This document shows, one piece after another, positions 33,701-37,864 of a stretch of 37,864 nt of DNA (position 1 is its first letter; each line of letters opens with the position of its first letter). Source of the DNA: a virus. The notes beneath the pieces were generated by a model. The model was not told the origin of the DNA, did no database searches, and saw only the letters and a list, made by a program, of their open reading frames with translations. A program made the position numbers and the translations under genes. The stretch lies in the IMG/VR virus record IMGVR_UViG_3300045221_000018; one strand, written 5' to 3'.

Positions 33701-35916
33701 AGCTATGGTCGAAAGCATGGAAATCTGTTTCAAAAACGTTTAGTAACATTTGGAATGGAATTAAGAAATTTTTAAAACCAATACTTAGTTGGTTAAGAAA
33801 TGCAATTGATGATGCAATGGACTTCGTTTACAAAATCTGGCACAAAGGTTGGAATAAAATTAGTTCATTCTTTAGCAACACCTGGAAAGGTATGAAGAAA
33901 TTTGGGCATGATGCTATCTGGTCGTTAAAAAACACTTTTGACGGTGTATTAAGCAAGATACATGATGCTTTTTCTAATACATGGACTGGCATCAAAAATG
34001 GGTTTAGCGACATGTGGCAAGGCATGAAAGACTTAGCTCGAGACGGAATTAATGCCGTTATTAAGATACCTAACGCAGGTATTTCAGGTATTAATGGTTT
34101 GATCCATGACTTCGGTGGTCCTAAGCATGCTATTAGCAAGATACCAAGTGTTAAAAAATTTGCAACTGGTACTGGAATGTTTAGCAACGTGCGTAAGGCG
34201 ATTACAAAGCCAACACTAGCATTATTGAATGATGGTAATGATTCACCTGAAACTGGTAATCAAGAAACGCTAATCCACCCTAATGGGGCTATGGAGCTAG
34301 TACAAGGACGCAATACTAAGCGTATATTAGCACCCGGAACAGAAGTCTTAAATGCAAGCGAAACAGCTATGATGTTAGGTATGAAAGCTATGCCATTCAA
34401 GTCAGGAACAGGTTTCTGGTCTGGTGTATTTGGTGGCGTAACTAAGGTTGCTGGCAACGTTTGGAACGGTATGAAGAACGGTGTTAAGAAGTTCACTGAA
34501 ATGTTTAAGTTCATTACAAACGCCGTGGCGCACCCAGTTAAGACATTGCAGGATAAGTTTAACCCGAGTGCTAAGGGACTAGCTGGTATGTTTGATAGCT
34601 TTGGAACAGCAATGTTTAAGAAGCCTAAGTCTCAAGCCAAAAACTGGTGGAAGACACTTTGGTCAATGGCTAACGATGCTTCAGCAGTAGGAGCAAGTGC
34701 AGGTAATTTGGGAGATGATTACCAATTTAAGAACAAAGCTAAAGACGAGGGTATGCCGAGCGGAGATCCATGGGGATACTTTTTCCGAGAATGTGTTTCT
34801 TTCGTTGCTAGTCGTTTATCTAATTTAGGTGTTTCGGCAAGTAAGTTTAGTTTCTTAGGAAATGGACGAGATTGGGTTAATGCACGAGTGCCACATAGTT
34901 CAAAACCAAAGCCCGGAGACGTTGCGGTATATGCAGCGGGTTCAGCTTATGGTAATCACGTGTCTATGGTTAATGGCGTACAAGGCGACACAATTTCTGG
35001 TGAAGAATATAACTTCAATAACAATGGGAAGTATCACCAATATTCAGGACGGCCAGCCAGCGGCGCAACAACTTTCTTAGATTTTGGTGTCAGACCAAAA
35101 AGCAAGGACGGCGATAGCGTTAAAGCTAATTCAGGACTAGAAAAGCTAATCAAGAAACAAACAGGCGGCATGCTTAAATGGATTCAAAAGTTTATTGCAC
35201 CACTTAATGAAGATGGAACGGGTGGTAGTGGTCAACAAGCACCTGCTGGTACCGGTGTAAGGCGTTGGCGTTCACAAGTTGAAGATGCCTTGAGAGCCAA
35301 TGGGCTATCAACATCAGACAGTATGATTAATAAAATATTAACGCAAATATCTACCGAATCAGGTGGTAATCCACGTGCTAGTCAACATGGAGACCCTGAT
35401 GGTGACGGTTCAGGTCCAGCTATGGGATTGATGCAGGTTAAACGTGATACTTTTAATGCTAATGCGTTTAAAGGACACAAGAACATTTGGAACGGTTATG
35501 ATTCACTTCTAGCTGGTTTGAATTACGCAAAAAAACGTTATGGATCAAGCCTTTCATGGTTGGGTCATGGTCAAGGATATGAGCGTGGCGGATTAGTAAG
35601 CACTCACGGTTTATATGAGATTGCTGAAAAGAATAAGCCAGAAATGATTATTCCACTAGCAGGAGATAATGTACGAGCTAACCAATTATTGGATGAAGCT
35701 AGTTTGCGTATTAATGGTAAGAAAAACAATACAATCGAACCAGTCAAAACTGATGTTTCAAAGTTAGAAAAAAAGTTGGATAACATGATTGAATTGCTAT
35801 CAAAACTAGTTTCTGGTCAAGGCAATCAAGTAGTTCAAGCTGTTATTGATAAGAATGAACTTTATAAAACACAAGCCAATGATGCTAATATTCGTGGTTA
35901 TCAATCATTAATTTAA
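30799..35916 (+). CDS. tape measure protein with C-terminal CHAP and lytic transglycosylase domains
   Basis: 1705 aa. Coiled-coil N-terminus, TM-like segments, a long Trp/Phe-periodic repeat region and two C-terminal hydrolase motif regions. Confidence 0.9.
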   Translation: MAKEKVSELQATELTVGTQHAVESINKLKSAVKDSTNEWKVMESQMKQSGDAVGASEAKYKGLTQSVSNQENVLQKLRKEQSEVNRSTEAGEQTYQKYATQITTAERQLASMTRQQEQAKRAYEMQESGIAGLNKEIQNSIKETDAYVDRLKAEGKEEEALKAQKEGLSRTLDKQSKLYEAQSKELEKLSNSGEASADSISKQKIALDKTATSIAKNKNSLSELDGEQGKLGKNNGAEEAGSKMERFTGKISKSKAGLIAMGASAGAVLAGVAKGVKSIYDAQSRVNEMQATTTLGYKRSKESILAINKLYTAGYGESIDELQEVYTKIEQSHPEFFTKELAENTKLVSTYAKMSGADVQEVLNGADKATRNWNISYQEYFDNMTVLQKMGDDQSGDISDNMAEYSQVLGQMGISISDSMALIDNGVKSGAYNGDKLLDFTKEFQISLNDGRMDEAITSFSKKSQDMFKGYKDGKVTAGDMFKQITSEMGEMTDKQKEATIASNLWSALGEDNSLKVIGSLGKTNWAFKDVKGAAKETADQLKESNPLELLKRSAEASTQSLAMSAGQTEKFKDALKPMQKAINSLLKSAIKAMPGIMKALTPVIDLIANHGKMIVGILSSILAIKFGSKVINSVKGIYTTLKPLMLLMKANPWTIWITAITTVIAGLVALYKHNKTFRDFVNGLAKAVADFAKDFAKWFGKAIDAVVDFVKGIGKWFGEAWKTISDFFKKVIKFIKNDWKELLLLIVNPFAGAFALIYKHNDKFRDNINKLVKNVASFFKGIGKSIGSGVNAITDWFKGLAKGFKKGWDAFLKLAIKIAKGFGRAMIIALAIPVGIAMIITKPLVKPLQNIFNALIKWIKSAWNGLTKFLKAIWTPVQKVWTSAWDAISKFFVTTWKLISKAFKMYLNQVKKNLTTVLGFITKTWNKVWKSISNFFNKVWKAIKKTLSNVLNTIKKTLVSSLNAYIKLWSKAWKSVSKTFSNIWNGIKKFLKPILSWLRNAIDDAMDFVYKIWHKGWNKISSFFSNTWKGMKKFGHDAIWSLKNTFDGVLSKIHDAFSNTWTGIKNGFSDMWQGMKDLARDGINAVIKIPNAGISGINGLIHDFGGPKHAISKIPSVKKFATGTGMFSNVRKAITKPTLALLNDGNDSPETGNQETLIHPNGAMELVQGRNTKRILAPGTEVLNASETAMMLGMKAMPFKSGTGFWSGVFGGVTKVAGNVWNGMKNGVKKFTEMFKFITNAVAHPVKTLQDKFNPSAKGLAGMFDSFGTAMFKKPKSQAKNWWKTLWSMANDASAVGASAGNLGDDYQFKNKAKDEGMPSGDPWGYFFRECVSFVASRLSNLGVSASKFSFLGNGRDWVNARVPHSSKPKPGDVAVYAAGSAYGNHVSMVNGVQGDTISGEEYNFNNNGKYHQYSGRPASGATTFLDFGVRPKSKDGDSVKANSGLEKLIKKQTGGMLKWIQKFIAPLNEDGTGGSGQQAPAGTGVRRWRSQVEDALRANGLSTSDSMINKILTQISTESGGNPRASQHGDPDGDGSGPAMGLMQVKRDTFNANAFKGHKNIWNGYDSLLAGLNYAKKRYGSSLSWLGHGQGYERGGLVSTHGLYEIAEKNKPEMIIPLAGDNVRANQLLDEASLRINGKKNNTIEPVKTDVSKLEKKLDNMIELLSKLVSGQGNQVVQAVIDKNELYKTQANDANIRGYQSLI
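34711..35091 (+). other. CHAP-like peptidase domain inside the tape measure protein
   Basis: GDPWGYFFRECVSFVASRL supplies the catalytic Cys context, and GNHVSMV supplies the His. Confidence 0.6.
35254..35582 (+). other. lytic transglycosylase (SLT-like) domain inside the tape measure protein
   Basis: ILTQISTESGGNPRA...GLMQV...YA motif order, with catalytic Glu in TES. Confidence 0.6.
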
Positions 35917-35920
35917 GGAG

Positions 35921-36754
35921 GTGAAAATCATTAAACCAACGTTTTTAATCAAGTTAAAAGGGCAAGATGAAATTGATATAACTGACGTTCTACCAGACGT
36001 TAAATATTTGGGCGGCGATTCAACACCTGAATTCAACAATTCATATCAAGACAACATAAATGATGGAAGTACGTTTATCAAAACGACTTTTGGAAAATTG
36101 ATATTCACTGCAAATTTTATAATGCGATCACATGATTATTACGATCAGAAACTAACACGTCATGCGATATATCAATTATTTGGCGACAGAGGAATGGTGA
36201 GAATTAGAACTAACGTTGATCTACAAAAAGTTATGTTTGGTCGTCCGGTTTCATTTGATATTAAATTTGTTAATGATGGCAGTGTTGATTCGCTATTTTC
36301 TATTCAGTTTGAAATTCCATCGGGTTATAAATATTCAAGAGCACGTAGTGATGCGATTGATTCAGAAACTGTTTCGTTTGGAATGAACTTTGAATTGACT
36401 GATACGCCTGTTTATAAGCATACAGCTACTAATTTCAAGATTTATAACCCTAGCGATATTGCGATTGATCCATATTATCAACACCATGATTTGGCGCTGT
36501 TGATTAAATTTTCTGGCAATTCTTATCAGATTACGAATAAAACGAATGGCACGAGTTATAAATATAATAAAGCAATTAAAAGTAGTGATAATCTAATTTT
36601 AAATGGACTAGCTACTACATTGAACGGTCAATCAGATTCACTTAATAGTGATTTTGGGTATTTAAAACTAGAAAAAGGGTGGAATGACATCATGGTATCG
36701 GGTGCTACCAGTCACGAAACCACTTTTAGTTTTCCTTTCATTTATATTGACTAA
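35921..36754 (+). CDS. distal tail protein (Dit)
   Basis: 277 aa. GTG start 5 nt after GGAGG. Immediately follows the tape measure gene. Confidence 0.7.
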   Translation: MKIIKPTFLIKLKGQDEIDITDVLPDVKYLGGDSTPEFNNSYQDNINDGSTFIKTTFGKLIFTANFIMRSHDYYDQKLTRHAIYQLFGDRGMVRIRTNVDLQKVMFGRPVSFDIKFVNDGSVDSLFSIQFEIPSGYKYSRARSDAIDSETVSFGMNFELTDTPVYKHTATNFKIYNPSDIAIDPYYQHHDLALLIKFSGNSYQITNKTNGTSYKYNKAIKSSDNLILNGLATTLNGQSDSLNSDFGYLKLEKGWNDIMVSGATSHETTFSFPFIYID

Positions 36755-36770
36755 TGAAGTGATAACGGTA

Positions 36771-37864
36771 ATGAAGCGAGACGGCACCCTTCAAGAACCG
36801 CTTCAATCAATAATCAATTCAACATTCAATGTCAGCTGGGAAAATAATAGTCAGTATCAAATAACGTTCACTGCATATGATGACAAAAGCGTGGCATACG
36901 CCTTATTAACAGCTGAAAATATCGTGACTTTTAAAGGGCAACAGTTTGTTATTAAGTCAAATGTTCCTAATTATTCAGGTGGTTATGCCACCGTTGCTAT
37001 TACAGCAACTCACATTTACATGGATAGTCGAAAAATATTTCAACACAAAAAGAAAGATGGCACATTAACTTATTCAGTTAATGATGTGCTGTCTTTTTAT
37101 TTTGCCAACAATCAGTTTGGCTATTCGTATGAAGTGAAAGGAACGTTTACTAAACAACAAATTAGTGATCTGGGTGGTAGCAATGCTTTTGATGGTTTGA
37201 GTCAGATTATATCAACTTGGCCAGATGCATTTATTTTTCCAGATAATAAGAAAATTGTTGTGTATGATAAGGCGACTTTTTCTAAGAATTTAGGCAATCG
37301 ACTAGGCTATGGTCACAACTCTGACAACATGACTTTGACTTATGATTCAACGAACTTAGTTAATCAATTAACAGTGGTTAGTGCGCAAAAAGATGACGGC
37401 AGTTCTTATTGGCAACCACACGTTGTGAAAGATGAGACGTCAATTAGTGAATATGGTGTTTGGGACGGCGGTGATTTTAGTGATGATCGTTTTACGGATG
37501 TGAATGCAGCGGATAAAGCAGCAAAAGCACAGTTGGTCACTGAACCATCAATCTCAATCACTCTTGATTATTTGGATAGTGATGTGCCGATTGCAGGCGA
37601 AATGAGACGGTTAGAAATCTTAGATACAGGCTTTGTGACTGATGTGATGGTGTTGGCTTATAGCTACTATCCATTAGATAAAAGTCAGAATCCAACTGTT
37701 ACATTGAACAGCAATTCTAAGACGATATTAGATTATCAAAAGAGTAATAAACGCCAGTTGAATATCGCTAAACAAAATAGCGCTGCATTGGCTAAGGCAA
37801 TTGAAAATGCAAATACAAAGTTGAATATTATCTCAAAAGATGGGGTTTGGTACGAATATGGGGG
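36771..37864 (+). CDS. tail-associated protein (Tal-like, N-terminal structural domain); continues at 1..146
   Basis: Open frame to the window end and through the 127-bp overlap. Position after Dit. An alternative GTG start is at 36759. Confidence 0.75.
   Translation, partial: MKRDGTLQEPLQSIINSTFNVSWENNSQYQITFTAYDDKSVAYALLTAENIVTFKGQQFVIKSNVPNYSGGYATVAITATHIYMDSRKIFQHKKKDGTLTYSVNDVLSFYFANNQFGYSYEVKGTFTKQQISDLGGSNAFDGLSQIISTWPDAFIFPDNKKIVVYDKATFSKNLGNRLGYGHNSDNMTLTYDSTNLVNQLTVVSAQKDDGSSYWQPHVVKDETSISEYGVWDGGDFSDDRFTDVNAADKAAKAQLVTEPSISITLDYLDSDVPIAGEMRRLEILDTGFVTDVMVLAYSYYPLDKSQNPTVTLNSNSKTILDYQKSNKRQLNIAKQNSAALAKAIENANTKLNIISKDGVWYEYG
37738..37864. repeat. second copy of the 127-bp terminal duplication
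   Basis: Identical to 1..127. Confidence 0.95.

Overview
The window is a complete phage genome. The first 127 bp are identical to the last 127 bp (1..127 = 37738..37864), so the assembly is circular with about 37,737 bp of unique sequence. It is an AT-rich siphovirus-type phage with a long non-contractile tail, of the kind found in low-GC Gram-positive, Lactobacillales-like hosts (host is inference only). Modules in order: tail tip and receptor-binding genes (1..2753), then lysis genes (2768..4217: membrane protein, LL-H-type holin, amidase endolysin). Next is a 1.1-kb ORF-free, structure-rich region (4254..5385), followed by an accessory cassette (5386..8477). A lysogeny-type switch follows (ImmA-like protease, cI-like repressor, three operators, Cro-like gene; 8524..10165). 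Then come early and replication genes (Gp157-like, AAA_24/Sak4-like ATPase, prim-pol, SF3 primase-helicase, ori-like repeats, RusA, YopX, DUF3310-like, PnuC; 10208..20164) and a RinA/ArpU-type late activator (20167..20607). A second ORF-free structured region of about 600 nt carries two tRNA-like modules (20608..21214). The rest is HNH, a cos-like region, TerS(P27) and TerL, an HK97-type head module, the tail module with a G/T frameshift, a 1705-aa tape measure, Dit and Tal (21929..37864, wrapping to 146). No integrase, excisionase, partition gene or CRISPR array is visible. The two loci most worth follow-up are the large non-coding transcription units, each with its own promoter-like and terminator signals and many perfect helices. 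Their size and phage/tRNA context recall the GOLLD and ROOL classes of giant phage RNAs, but I cannot assign them to any family without covariance-model searches. All protein calls come from reading motifs in the supplied translations and from synteny, not from database searches.
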